Positions 48,634-58,194 of a DNA stretch of 64,000 nt are shown piece by piece. The notes under the pieces are model-generated. The model saw only the letters and a list, made by a program, of their open reading frames with translations, was not told where the DNA came from and ran no database searches. Origin of the DNA: a virus; IMG/VR virus record IMGVR_UViG_3300005542_000007, positions 77,878 through 141,877 of that record; one strand, given 5' to 3'. How positions within the stretch are numbered: the first letter of the stretch is position 1; each line of letters opens with the position of its first letter. The position numbers and the translations under genes are program-made.

Positions 48634-49965
48634 ATGTCTGAATCCAAACTAATTAAAGATGTAGTTGCAAAGATAAAAAAGATTTCTGAGGACTTGGGGT
48701 TGGAGCATCCCTCTCTTCTTCCAAAAGCACAGTTCCTTGAACTGTCCAAGTTGGGAGAATGGGAACTTCGCAAGATTGGCGGGTACAATTCAATTTTGAA
48801 TACGTACTTCCCATACACAGAAAAGGAATTAGCTTCGATACAGCTTGTGGATGATCGCAAAGCTTATGTAAATAAGTTGGAAAAGAAATACGGATCGTGG
48901 GAACTTTTTAAAGAGAACCTTACAGAATCTCTCACAAAAGAATTGAGTAAAATTAAAGTAGAGCCGTTAATCCTTGATAAGAAAGCTACGGAGAAGTATT
49001 TGCACGATCACATCGTCCCTTCACCCAGTGGGGATAAGAATAAAAGAACTATTGTGAGTGTATGGAGCGACCAGCACTTTGGCACAAATGTGGATAAGGC
49101 AGAGCTTGGTGGGTTGAATGAGTTTAACTGGGTAATCGGAGCGAGACGTTTAGGAATGCTTTGTGAGCAGATTGCTTCTTATAAAGTAGAACGTCGCAAT
49201 CTTCATGAGCAGCTTGTTATTATGTTGGCGGGAGATAACATTGGTGGAATCATTCATAATCAGGAAGGACCGGATTACGATTTAATTACACACCAAGTAA
49301 ACGGTACGTTGTGCTACTACGTTCAAGCTATTCAGTACCTTACAAATTACTTCCCTTCGGTTCGTGTTCTTTGCCAGCCTGGAAATCATGGACGTGTGAT
49401 GCATAAGCGTTCTCAGGATAGGGCGTTGTCGCAGAAGTATGATAGTTTTGAGAATATTATGTTTTATTCCCTTTCGTCTGTGTTTGCTAAAGACCCAAAG
49501 GTAACTATCGAAACAAGTAAGGCTCCTTTCATCGATGCAACAATTCAGGGACACCGCATTTGGATGTCGCATGGAGATACAGTGTTTGCAGTGGGCAATG
49601 TCGGAAAAAATATTAAGTTGGAGAAGATTGAAGGACAGATTCATCGACGTAATGCAGAAGCATTGGCCAAAGGCGAAAAGCCATTTGAATTGTTTGTTTC
49701 TGGCCACGTTCATCATCCTGTTATTACCCAAGTTGGTCCTGGAGTGAGAGTTGTTATCAATGGATGTTTGATTGGCACAGATTCATTTGCTCAGAGCGTT
49801 GGAATCTTTTCTTCTGTCCCTACGCAGGTTATTTGGGAAACAACAAAGAAGCATGTGATGGGAGATAGTAGGCAAATCTTCGTAGCAGAGGCAGACCAAA
49901 ATAAACATTTTGATACGATCATTAAACCTTTCAATTATCAGTTGTCAGCACCAAAAGCACTTTAA
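48634..49965 (+). CDS. Metallophosphoesterase/nuclease
   Basis: SDQHFG, GD, GNHGR, HGD, GHVH. Confidence 0.8.
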   Translation: MSESKLIKDVVAKIKKISEDLGLEHPSLLPKAQFLELSKLGEWELRKIGGYNSILNTYFPYTEKELASIQLVDDRKAYVNKLEKKYGSWELFKENLTESLTKELSKIKVEPLILDKKATEKYLHDHIVPSPSGDKNKRTIVSVWSDQHFGTNVDKAELGGLNEFNWVIGARRLGMLCEQIASYKVERRNLHEQLVIMLAGDNIGGIIHNQEGPDYDLITHQVNGTLCYYVQAIQYLTNYFPSVRVLCQPGNHGRVMHKRSQDRALSQKYDSFENIMFYSLSSVFAKDPKVTIETSKAPFIDATIQGHRIWMSHGDTVFAVGNVGKNIKLEKIEGQIHRRNAEALAKGEKPFELFVSGHVHHPVITQVGPGVRVVINGCLIGTDSFAQSVGIFSSVPTQVIWETTKKHVMGDSRQIFVAEADQNKHFDTIIKPFNYQLSAPKAL

Positions 49966-49974
49966 GGAGCTATC

Positions 49975-51372
49975 ATGGCAAGAACCCCACGACCACCAAA
50001 TACAACTTCTAACAATTTGGATATCCCCCTTCCCCCTAAATCCTCTGCTGATTTGACGGATGCAGATTGGAAGAGGGTTTTGAAGGAATCCAAATGGAAT
50101 GGTAATTACAACACGTTCGTTTACATGAATTATTTGGATGTGAAGAGCCCGGATGAAATTCAGTACGATGAGCACGAAGTGAGCGAAGCGTATAGCATTG
50201 TTCCTCGCCATTGTTTGGAAGAGTTTCTAAAGGCAGAAAAGTTTACAGTTGACCGTTTGGCTTGGGTTTTTGAAGATTCTACCTATAGCGTGGAATGGAG
50301 TTTGATTGAAATCGACTTAAACAAGAAAGTGAACAAGGTATTGAACGGCCAGTTTTACATTTCAAACGGCAAAGAGAAATACATCTTTGAATCGAAGGTG
50401 GGATACCACGATAATTATTTCTTCAAAATTATTAGCCGCAAGGATTCAAAGGTGAGTGGCAAGGACCTTCTTGAGAAGTTTTTAAAATATACAGAAGAGC
50501 ACAATTTTCTCAAGGGGAAAAAGATCGACCCACAGTGTAATTTTATCCGCCTCGACCACACGTATACCTGGGATGATATTATTTTGTCAGAAAAGCTTAA
50601 GACAGAAATTCGTCAGAACCTTTCCAACCTCATTGAACATCGCAGTATTTATCGGGACAACGGCTTGAAGGTTCGAAGGGGTTTGATTTTCTCAGGGCCT
50701 CCTGGGGTTGGTAAAACGAATCTGGTTAAAATTCTTTGTGCGACGATTGACTGGACATTGATTTGGATTTCCCCAAAACATCTGGAGAATCCAAGACACG
50801 TTTCAGGAATTATGCAGCTTGCCAAAGACCTCAGCCCGTCAGTTATTGTATTGGAAGATATCGACCTTTATGGTTCTTCACGAGAGATGAACGGCAACCC
50901 AACTGTGCTTGGCGAACTTATGAACCAGCTTGACGGCGTTGAAGGTTTGGTTGACATCATTACAATTGCCACAACCAACCGGGAAGAAGTATTGGAAAAA
51001 GCTCTCCTCGACCGCCCAGGTCGTTTTGACAAAGTGGTTAAGTTTGGATTACCAGAAACAGAAGAACGTTTAAAAATGCTTGAGCTTTTTGCTGCTACAA
51101 TTGGAAAAGATAAGAGTTTCACTTGGAAAGAACTCTCTGAGAAACCAACTGATGGAATGTCTGGAGCGCAGATACGTGAAGTAATTTCCCAAGGAGTAAT
51201 TCAGGCGGTAGATGACGGAAGTGTTGAGAAGGGAAAGATTGTTTTAAAGTACAAGCATTTAAAGGCAGCGATGAAAGCAATTAAGGGAAAAGACTTTTCT
51301 AGAATTGGTATCCAACCTACGAATAGCGGCCTTGGCAGCAAGTTCGATCTTGATAATCTTGATCGGTGGTAG
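49975..51372 (+). CDS. AAA+ ATPase
   Basis: GPPGVGKT, LEDID, LDG, TTN, ALLDRPGRFD. Confidence 0.9.
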   Translation: MARTPRPPNTTSNNLDIPLPPKSSADLTDADWKRVLKESKWNGNYNTFVYMNYLDVKSPDEIQYDEHEVSEAYSIVPRHCLEEFLKAEKFTVDRLAWVFEDSTYSVEWSLIEIDLNKKVNKVLNGQFYISNGKEKYIFESKVGYHDNYFFKIISRKDSKVSGKDLLEKFLKYTEEHNFLKGKKIDPQCNFIRLDHTYTWDDIILSEKLKTEIRQNLSNLIEHRSIYRDNGLKVRRGLIFSGPPGVGKTNLVKILCATIDWTLIWISPKHLENPRHVSGIMQLAKDLSPSVIVLEDIDLYGSSREMNGNPTVLGELMNQLDGVEGLVDIITIATTNREEVLEKALLDRPGRFDKVVKFGLPETEERLKMLELFAATIGKDKSFTWKELSEKPTDGMSGAQIREVISQGVIQAVDDGSVEKGKIVLKYKHLKAAMKAIKGKDFSRIGIQPTNSGLGSKFDLDNLDRW

Positions 51373-51376
51373 AAAA

Positions 51377-51550
51377 GTGAAGAAGAAGAAATCCAAACGT
51401 GGCGGATCGAAGCCCAAACTAGTTTGTAAGAATGGGCATGATATTTTAGTTGTTGGTAGGAATTCATCTGGACATTGTAAGCAGTGCCACAAAGAATATT
51501 ACCAAAGACGTTGGGAATACATTAAAAATAATTTTAAAGAACAGTCTTAA
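51377..51550 (+). CDS. Basic stand-alone CxxGH-CxxC zinc-finger protein, copy 2
   Basis: CKNGHDILVVGRNSSGHCKQCHKEYYQRRWE, paralog of 45719-45910. Confidence 0.7.
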   Translation: MKKKKSKRGGSKPKLVCKNGHDILVVGRNSSGHCKQCHKEYYQRRWEYIKNNFKEQS

Positions 51551-51615
51551 AAATATAATAAAATGTGGTATTATTGAGGCGTATTATACGACTGATATTA
51601 TAATTTTAAGGAGAA
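51546..51615 (+). promoter_or_regulatory. Repeated promoter-hairpin leader, copy 2
   Basis: Same 21-mer, CGTA-tta-TACG hairpin, TATTATAATTTTAAGGAGAA. Confidence 0.65.
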
Positions 51616-51621
51616 TAAAAT

Positions 51622-52269
51622 ATGAAGCACAAAAATTTAAAGAAATTTTGTAAAAAAGGGCACAACACTTTTGTTTGTGGTAGGAAGAAAAATGGAGAAT
51701 GTAAACAGTGCCATAGAGGTGACGTTAAACAATTACGGGATGAGATAAAACAGGGAAAAAGAACAAGTAAAATTAGAAAACGTTTTTGTGTTCATGGCCA
51801 CGATACATTTATTGTGGGAAGAGATGTTCATCAAACTTGCAATGAGTGTAAAAAGCAAATGGATAAAAAATATAGCCGTACAGAAAAAGGTATAAAAGTT
51901 AAGCGAAAAGGACGTTTGAAATATGCACGTTCCAGACATGGAAAAAAGGCTGTGCGAGAATATCAACGATCACCAAGAGGAAAAGTTGCTCACGCCATTG
52001 CTACAATTAAGTGTAGAACAAATCGTGGTCTTCGTGTAATACCGTGGACTGATTGGGATAGGATTAAAGAATTTGAATTAAATAAACCCAAAGGAATGAC
52101 AACCGATCATTTTATTCCTTTAAATAACAAAAAGGTTTGGGGACTTCACGTATCTTGGAATCTTCAATATTTAACTCCCTCTGAAAATTCTATAAAACAT
52201 AATCACGTTGATTTACTCGAAGCTTCTAAATGGTATGGGAAAATATTAAAAAAAGCAGGATTAAAGTAA
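51622..52269 (+). CDS. HNH endonuclease with two CxxGH zinc fingers
   Basis: TDHFIPL...V.GLHV.WNLQYL...EN..K.N. Confidence 0.82.
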   Translation: MKHKNLKKFCKKGHNTFVCGRKKNGECKQCHRGDVKQLRDEIKQGKRTSKIRKRFCVHGHDTFIVGRDVHQTCNECKKQMDKKYSRTEKGIKVKRKGRLKYARSRHGKKAVREYQRSPRGKVAHAIATIKCRTNRGLRVIPWTDWDRIKEFELNKPKGMTTDHFIPLNNKKVWGLHVSWNLQYLTPSENSIKHNHVDLLEASKWYGKILKKAGLK

Positions 52270-52270
52270 A

Positions 52271-53299
52271 ATGGCGATTAAAAATCTTCGATTGGAAAAT
52301 TTCCAATCACATAAAGATTCAACGTTTGAGTTTGACAAAGGACTTAACGTAATCGTAGGAAGTTCGAATCAGGGCAAAACTTCACTTGCCAGGGCTCTTT
52401 CCCTCGTCCTGTATAACACTTGGGACAAAAGTTGGACAAGGGTGGGTTCTGCTTTTTGCAAAATTACTTTGGTAATGGACAACGGAGTTACAATAATTCG
52501 TGAGAAGGGTGAGAAACAGAACAAATATATTTTACAAGTTCCAGGTCAGCCCTCCCAGGAATTTACCAACTTTGGAACTGAAGTGCCAGAAGCGGTGTCA
52601 AAGGTTTTGCACATTGGAAAGATTTCACTCGACAAAGACGATTCGCTTACGCTCAATTATGCAAGCCAATTAGAACCGTTGTTTTTATTTAACAGGAGTG
52701 GAAGCCAAAAGGCTAAGGTATTTGGCCGACTCTCAGGCGCTCATTATTTGGACCACGCACTCCGTAATTTAAATACGGAGAAAAAGCAAATCGGCACAGA
52801 GAAGAATTTAAAAGGTAAAGAGCTTGAAGACTTGAAGGTTCAACATGCCGCTTTGAGTGCCATTTCGGAGTGGCGTCCTAAAATTGAGGAGCTTGAAGCT
52901 AAATCCGCCGCTTTGGATGCCGCAAGGCAGAGACTGGATACCCTCCAATCTTTGTTTACACGCGCTCAGGACTGGAAACGGCGCTACACCTCAGAGATGG
53001 CGAGAGAAAGCGCGTTAGCCCAGGTTCCGGCCCTACAAATCGATTCTATTGAGTCTTCCGTACAACGATTAAAGGGGTTAAAACAGCTTTTTCAGCAACA
53101 TAGGGACATTTTGGACAAAGAAACAACATTAAACAGTATGAAAACACAGCTAGATATGCAATTTTGTGCAGATACTAACGAATACACCTATATTTTATCA
53201 ACAAACAAAGTGTGCCCAATCTGTTTTGGCGTTTTGGATGGAAAAAAGTTGGAAGAGATTAAAAATACGCTGATTGGAAAAGAAAAATGCTCTATTTAA
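52271..53299 (+). CDS. sbcC: SbcC/Rad50 N-terminal half
   Basis: LENFQSH, Walker A GSSNQGKTS, coiled coil, CPIC zinc hook. Confidence 0.85.
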   Translation: MAIKNLRLENFQSHKDSTFEFDKGLNVIVGSSNQGKTSLARALSLVLYNTWDKSWTRVGSAFCKITLVMDNGVTIIREKGEKQNKYILQVPGQPSQEFTNFGTEVPEAVSKVLHIGKISLDKDDSLTLNYASQLEPLFLFNRSGSQKAKVFGRLSGAHYLDHALRNLNTEKKQIGTEKNLKGKELEDLKVQHAALSAISEWRPKIEELEAKSAALDAARQRLDTLQSLFTRAQDWKRRYTSEMARESALAQVPALQIDSIESSVQRLKGLKQLFQQHRDILDKETTLNSMKTQLDMQFCADTNEYTYILSTNKVCPICFGVLDGKKLEEIKNTLIGKEKCSI

Positions 53300-53841
53300 T
53301 TATAATTTTACTCGCTGCTGCTCTAATTTATTTTTTGCCGAAGTATTTTCACATCACAACTAATTTCTCTTCCCAGCTTGCCAAGTATAAAGAGACAGAG
53401 TTGCAAAAGCAAATGGGCGAATATCACACAATGGCGAAAGCGGAAATTGAAAGGCGAATGCAGGAAAATGCTGAAGCGGCCAAGAAAGAAGCGTTGCTGA
53501 TGGTGGCAAAGTGGAAAGTGGAATACGAAGAAGCCACAAGGCAAGACGCCATTAACAAGTCACAGGCGATTATGATGGGTAAAACCCTCGAACACCTTAT
53601 ACCGTTTTTTCCAGAGTTTCATTGGAATCCAAGGGATGCTCGTTTCCTTGGGAGTCCGGTGGATTTGATTGTGTTCGATGGTTTGAGTGAAGGAAAACTG
53701 AAACAAATTGTATTTATTGAAATTAAAACGAACATTTCACAATTGAGTGAGCGAGAAAGACAAATCCGCGATGTTATTAACAGCGGGAAAGTAAAGTGGG
53801 AAGAATTACGACATTTTGTAACGGGGGTTGCGAAGCCGTGA
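53287..53841 (+). CDS. Membrane-anchored Holliday-junction-resolvase-like PD-(D/E)XK nuclease
   Basis: E.LIPF.P.F...P.DARFLGSPVDLIVFDG...FIEIKT..SQLS.RE. Confidence 0.8.
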   Translation: MLYLIIILLAAALIYFLPKYFHITTNFSSQLAKYKETELQKQMGEYHTMAKAEIERRMQENAEAAKKEALLMVAKWKVEYEEATRQDAINKSQAIMMGKTLEHLIPFFPEFHWNPRDARFLGSPVDLIVFDGLSEGKLKQIVFIEIKTNISQLSERERQIRDVINSGKVKWEELRHFVTGVAKP

Positions 53842-54113
53842 AACTTCGATTTTTAATTTATGGAAGTTTGTTGTTTATTACTTTGGCGTTGCCTGTTGTT
53901 TACAAAAGTATGGAAGCGAAAATACAAAAGCAGGAAATGGCAATACGAGCGCAGAAAAAGAATTGGTTGTACGTTATGGCGGAGGCAGAATTTTGTTTAA
54001 CACGCAGTGCTAAAAATTTGGGTGCTTGGAAGTACCATTTTAACAAAGCTTTGGACTACTCTATTTTATTTTTAGAGATGGCACAGGAAGACATCGACAA
54101 TTTAACAAAATGA
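53838..54113 (+). CDS. Membrane-anchored hypothetical protein
   Basis: N-terminal TM segment, coupled ORF. Confidence 0.5.
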   Translation: MKLRFLIYGSLLFITLALPVVYKSMEAKIQKQEMAIRAQKKNWLYVMAEAEFCLTRSAKNLGAWKYHFNKALDYSILFLEMAQEDIDNLTK

Positions 54114-55060
54114 AATTCCTTTTCTTTACTGACAGTCACCTCCGAGATTCACGTCCTCGAAATCGTATTGATGATTTTTATAAAAACCAGTTTGAGGAAC
54201 TCGGGGAATTGGCGAATTTGGTTTTGGAATACGACATTGATGTTGTACTTTGTGGTGGGGACCTGTTGCACGTTCCCAAACCCTCCCATGAGTTGGTAAG
54301 GGATTTGATTGGCTGGGCAAAATACATTAACGTGCCAATCTATTCAGTTGTCGGCAATCACGATGTCCAAGGGTATCAGATGAAAACAATTGGCGCAAAC
54401 GGCATCGGTGTGTTGTTTGAGTCCGAAGCTTTCCATGAATTGACAGAGAAGGTGTTTGAAGAAGAGAAAATCGTAATTCGCGGGATTCATGCGAAGGTGC
54501 AGGAAGATGGAAAAGGGTATTTCTTCAATCCCACACAAACCGATTATTCTGGGTACACAAGAATTATCGTTTCACACAACTACGTAATTCCCGCTGATAG
54601 TATGATGTTCGATTTTATACACCCAAGAGATATTGTGACAAACGCCAATTTGGTGCTTTTAGGGCACTACCACCAGCCTTTCGAATACCAAAAAGGCAAC
54701 ACAAATTTTGTAACGAGATTCATTAATCCAGGAGCTTTGGCTCGTTGGGGAATTGATGAGAAGGACAGAATCCCAACGGTTCTGTTAATTGAAATTGAAA
54801 AGGGAAAGATTGACGTGAAGCATCTTCCGTTAGCTTGTGCCAAGAAAGCTGAAGAGCTTTTCGATTTGAGTAGGGTTGGATTGGAAAAAGAGAAAGAGGA
54901 CCAGTTAAAATCTTTCATGGAAAGTTTGGAAAATACGTCCTTTGAAACCAACGATATTGAAGCTCTGGTGTTGGCAGCGGGAAAGAATCAAGGGGTTGAC
55001 GAAAGAATCCTGAATAAGTCGCTTGAGAAGATTCGGGAAGCAAAAGAGGTGTTGAAGTGA
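54110..55060 (+). CDS. sbcD: SbcD/Mre11 nuclease
   Basis: TDSH, GGD, GNHD, SH, GHYH, NPGAL.R. Confidence 0.88.
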   Translation: MKFLFFTDSHLRDSRPRNRIDDFYKNQFEELGELANLVLEYDIDVVLCGGDLLHVPKPSHELVRDLIGWAKYINVPIYSVVGNHDVQGYQMKTIGANGIGVLFESEAFHELTEKVFEEEKIVIRGIHAKVQEDGKGYFFNPTQTDYSGYTRIIVSHNYVIPADSMMFDFIHPRDIVTNANLVLLGHYHQPFEYQKGNTNFVTRFINPGALARWGIDEKDRIPTVLLIEIEKGKIDVKHLPLACAKKAEELFDLSRVGLEKEKEDQLKSFMESLENTSFETNDIEALVLAAGKNQGVDERILNKSLEKIREAKEVLK

Positions 55061-55329
55061 ATAAAGTTTGTGCCTGTAATCTTCATAAAGAAAGGAAGTT
55101 TCTTAATTCCCTTAAAAAGAAACTCTCTGAAAACGAATTTAAAAAGCTGGAAGAATTCTTTGGAGAGAAGTGGCAACAAGCAGACGATGTGATTCTTTTA
55201 AAATGTAAGATGGATGAAACATGGCCGGGAACTAAATATCGAAAAGCTTTGGTTGATATGCACAGGATGGGGTGGTTTGACAATTTAACTTTTATAGAGT
55301 TGGCGAATAAAGCGAGGGAATTAGAATGA
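55057..55329 (+). CDS. DNL-tail protein 11 (divergent body)
   Basis: CAC..H N-terminus, ends DNLTFIELANKARELE with an ATGA overlap. Confidence 0.6.
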   Translation: MNKVCACNLHKERKFLNSLKKKLSENEFKKLEEFFGEKWQQADDVILLKCKMDETWPGTKYRKALVDMHRMGWFDNLTFIELANKARELE

Positions 55330-55580
55330 GCATTGAAGATACACTTTCATCGTTAAAGCGTAAAATCGATTCAGTCAACACAAAGAGAATTGAAAATGCT
55401 ACGAAGCTTCACGCTTTGGAAGAAGAGAAAGCAAACCTCTTAGCTGAATGTGGAAAGCTTGGAGTTGACCCGGCAGGATTGGAAAAGATTGTTGTGGATG
55501 AAGAAGAAAAGCTCAATACTGAAATTCAAAAGCTTCAAAATGAGATTGGACAAGTTTATGGGCAACTTGAACGTTATTAA
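55326..55580 (+). CDS. Coiled-coil protein (possible middle segment of the split SbcC)
   Basis: Heptad pattern, lies between the SbcC halves. Confidence 0.5.
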   Translation: MSIEDTLSSLKRKIDSVNTKRIENATKLHALEEEKANLLAECGKLGVDPAGLEKIVVDEEEKLNTEIQKLQNEIGQVYGQLERY

Positions 55581-55866
55581 ACCAGGAATGTGGATTAGGG
55601 ATGAGAAGTTCCCTAGTTTTATTTTGGATGCTAGAAACGACCAGTATTACCGTCTGTTTAACGATGGTTCTGGTGGTTGGAGATCCGAAATAAGTATAAA
55701 AGATCTTAATAGTTTAACAAATGAAAAATGTTTCTCTTTGAGAATTGCAGTGAAAAGGGCTTACAAGAAAAATCATATAAAGGACAATCTCGACTACATA
55801 GAATATTTGGCTTTTATTAAAAATTATGAACGCGCTAGAAAACTTAAAAAATCTGTACCACAATAA
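55558..55866 (+). CDS. Protein with a degenerate DNL motif (member 12)
   Basis: KDNLDYIEYLAFIK, overlapping the start of the SbcC C-half. Confidence 0.5.
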   Translation: MGNLNVIKPGMWIRDEKFPSFILDARNDQYYRLFNDGSGGWRSEISIKDLNSLTNEKCFSLRIAVKRAYKKNHIKDNLDYIEYLAFIKNYERARKLKKSVPQ

Positions 55867-56452
55867 GCTTGGAAAGCTGGAAGCAATAACTGCGTCTCTC
55901 CAAGCTTGCCAGAATCGGGTACAGGAATTGGAATTGACCCAGGATACGGTAGAAAAAGCGTCTCTCTTTCTCCAATCCCTGAGCGACACCGCCCGTATAC
56001 AAGTAATTGAGAAAATCTCAGGGCTTGTCACCGAAGTGTTGCAAGCGGTTAAAGATAAAAATTTAACGTTTAAGATGGAGTTAGGAACAGAGAGAGGACA
56101 GCCGGATTTGAAATTCTTTGTTGTAGACAGCTTGACAGGCAAAGATATGGATGTGTTGGAAAGCTGTGGTGGTGGGATAGCCGATTTGGTTAGCTTCGCA
56201 TTGAGAGTGTCTTTGCTTTTGAAATGGCGACCATCTCTTGAGCGCGTTCTTATTTGTGATGAACAGCTTAAATTTGTTAGTGTGCAGGACCAGGAATTGG
56301 CCGGGGAGTTTATTAGAAAGCTTTCAGAGCAGCTTGGGTTGCAAATAATTTTCATTTCGCATTCAAAAACACTGGCAGAAAAAGCACATAAGACGTTCGA
56401 GGTGGTAAAGGAAAATGGAATCAGCAGAATCGAAGAAAGAACTTCTCTTTAG
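55826..56452 (+). CDS. sbcC: SbcC/Rad50 C-terminal half
   Basis: Signature-like ESCGGG, Walker B LICDE, FISH H-loop. Confidence 0.82.
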   Translation: MNALENLKNLYHNKLGKLEAITASLQACQNRVQELELTQDTVEKASLFLQSLSDTARIQVIEKISGLVTEVLQAVKDKNLTFKMELGTERGQPDLKFFVVDSLTGKDMDVLESCGGGIADLVSFALRVSLLLKWRPSLERVLICDEQLKFVSVQDQELAGEFIRKLSEQLGLQIIFISHSKTLAEKAHKTFEVVKENGISRIEERTSL

Positions 56453-56813
56453 TATTACACGGAAAGATTTCCGTGTGGATACCTTTCGCTCAGGCGGTAA
56501 AGGAGGCCAGAATCAGAACAAAGTTGAATCTGGCGTTCGTATCACTCATTTGGAATCTGGAGCAGTAGCAGAATCTAGGGAAGAACGTGATCAGATTCGC
56601 AATAAAGAGAAAGCCTTCCAGAAGCTGATTAACACGCCAAAGTTTAAAGTTTGGCACAAACGAAAGACGGCATTTATGTTGCAAGGTATTCGAGATGCTG
56701 AGGCAGAAATAGAACGCAGGGTGAATGAAGCTTTAAAGCCAGAAAATTTAAAGGTAGAAGGCAAAGATGAAGAAGGTCGTTGGACCAAAGAAGCTTTTAA
56801 CGAAAATGAGTGA
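56415..56813 (+). CDS. Stand-alone GGQ peptide-release-factor-like protein
   Basis: [22 protein letters not shown]...R.Q..NK..A. Confidence 0.88.
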   Translation: MESAESKKELLFSITRKDFRVDTFRSGGKGGQNQNKVESGVRITHLESGAVAESREERDQIRNKEKAFQKLINTPKFKVWHKRKTAFMLQGIRDAEAEIERRVNEALKPENLKVEGKDEEGRWTKEAFNENE

Positions 56814-57195
56814 TAAATTGGCAACAACTTTTAAACTTTTCGTTGACGATACTCGTGAAATCCCAAAAGGATGGATGGGAGCGAGAACCGTATCTGATAC
56901 GCTCAGGTTCCTTCACATGTTCAGCCCAATAGCTGAAATCAGCCTGGATCACGACATTCTATTTCCTCAGCATGGGATTGACAGGTACACGATGTATTCA
57001 GCAGAAAATTATACTGGAGTGGCTTATTATATTGCACGAATGCCGACAGAGTTGAAGCCAAAGAAAATCCGCATTCATTCTTCCAATTCCGGTGCAGCAA
57101 TGTCGATGTGCGAAATTATGGGGTTGGACTTCAATACAACATACAAGCTTTACGATCCAAAAGATTATGGAACAGAAGAAAAAACCACCGTTTAA
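56806..57195 (+). CDS. Cyclic-phosphate-processing receiver-like domain protein
   Basis: LFVDD.R..P.GW..ART...ISLDHD...G...IHSSN. Confidence 0.75.
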   Translation: MSDKLATTFKLFVDDTREIPKGWMGARTVSDTLRFLHMFSPIAEISLDHDILFPQHGIDRYTMYSAENYTGVAYYIARMPTELKPKKIRIHSSNSGAAMSMCEIMGLDFNTTYKLYDPKDYGTEEKTTV

Positions 57196-57727
57196 CCAAA
57201 ACGCTGCTATTCGCGGAGCGATTCGCAGGATCTTCAGCCGTTCTCCCGTTAAGATTGAAGTGCTGAAGAAGGTTCGTAGGGAAGTGCCGCGCTACAATCA
57301 GGACGGTTCGAGAGGTAAGCGAGATGCCGTCCAATATCAGTGTGCTGTTTGTAAAACGTGGGTAGGTTCTACAAAGGTTGAGGTGGATCATATCGTGCCC
57401 GTAGTGGAAGTAAATGAAAAGGGTTTTGTTGACTGGAATGTATTTGTAGAACGTTTGTTCTGCGGTCCTGAGAATCTTCAGGTAATCTGCGATCCGTGCC
57501 ACGACAAGAAAACTCAGATTGAAAGAATGCGAAGACAGGCAGCAAAGGATAGAGTGATTCTGGATGAAATTGAAAAGGAAATTCAGGTAGCTTGGTCCGT
57601 TTCACGAGAAGTTGAATTAAAGAAGCAAGTATCCAAGTTCCTAACAAAGACGAAAGCTCCAGAAACCAAGGAACGCGCTTTGAAGCTGAAACAGATTTTA
57701 ATAAATAAAATTACAAAAGAGGACTGA
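57167..57727 (+). CDS. HNH endonuclease
   Basis: YQCAVC...VDHIVPV...RLFC..ENLQVICDPCH.KKT. Confidence 0.85.
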   Translation: MEQKKKPPFNQNAAIRGAIRRIFSRSPVKIEVLKKVRREVPRYNQDGSRGKRDAVQYQCAVCKTWVGSTKVEVDHIVPVVEVNEKGFVDWNVFVERLFCGPENLQVICDPCHDKKTQIERMRRQAAKDRVILDEIEKEIQVAWSVSREVELKKQVSKFLTKTKAPETKERALKLKQILINKITKED

Positions 57728-58194
57728 TGAATTTATTTAAGAAAGCTGTAGCTACAACCCTTGTGTTGTTTATGAGCGTTTCTACATTTGCCGCCGACCC
57801 TGCATCTTATGGCGGATATTCTGTGAGCCGAATTATCGAAAATACTACAACATTGTTTGAGCAGAAACACTTGCTTGACCCGTATTCAAAAACAGCGCTA
57901 GAATGGAACAAATTTTGGGAAGGGGCAGTGGAAGAACATTATAACGGATTTCTCCCGGCCATGCCATTTATGGATTTTGAAAACTCTTTAGTGAATTATT
58001 GTATTGGGAAAGGTTTTATTTCGTACAAACAAGCTACTGAGGCGATAGAAAAATCGCAGAAGGTTGGTGGGCTCGAAGTTAATGGATACAACCTTTTGTA
58101 CTTACACGCAGAAATTTTATGGGCTTTGGTTGTTAACAAATACATAACACAGAAAGAAGCACAAAACTTGTTGGATTCGAGCAAGGTAAAATAA
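57727..58194 (+). CDS. Exported hypothetical protein
   Basis: Sec-type signal peptide ending STFA. Confidence 0.6.
   Translation: MNLFKKAVATTLVLFMSVSTFAADPASYGGYSVSRIIENTTTLFEQKHLLDPYSKTALEWNKFWEGAVEEHYNGFLPAMPFMDFENSLVNYCIGKGFISYKQATEAIEKSQKVGGLEVNGYNLLYLHAEILWALVVNKYITQKEAQNLLDSSKVK

Noticed and set aside
24128-55329. DNL tails as a CRISPR-like or attC-like DNA repeat
   Set aside because: Conservation is at amino-acid level with synonymous changes. There is no palindrome, regular spacing or integrase/cas gene.
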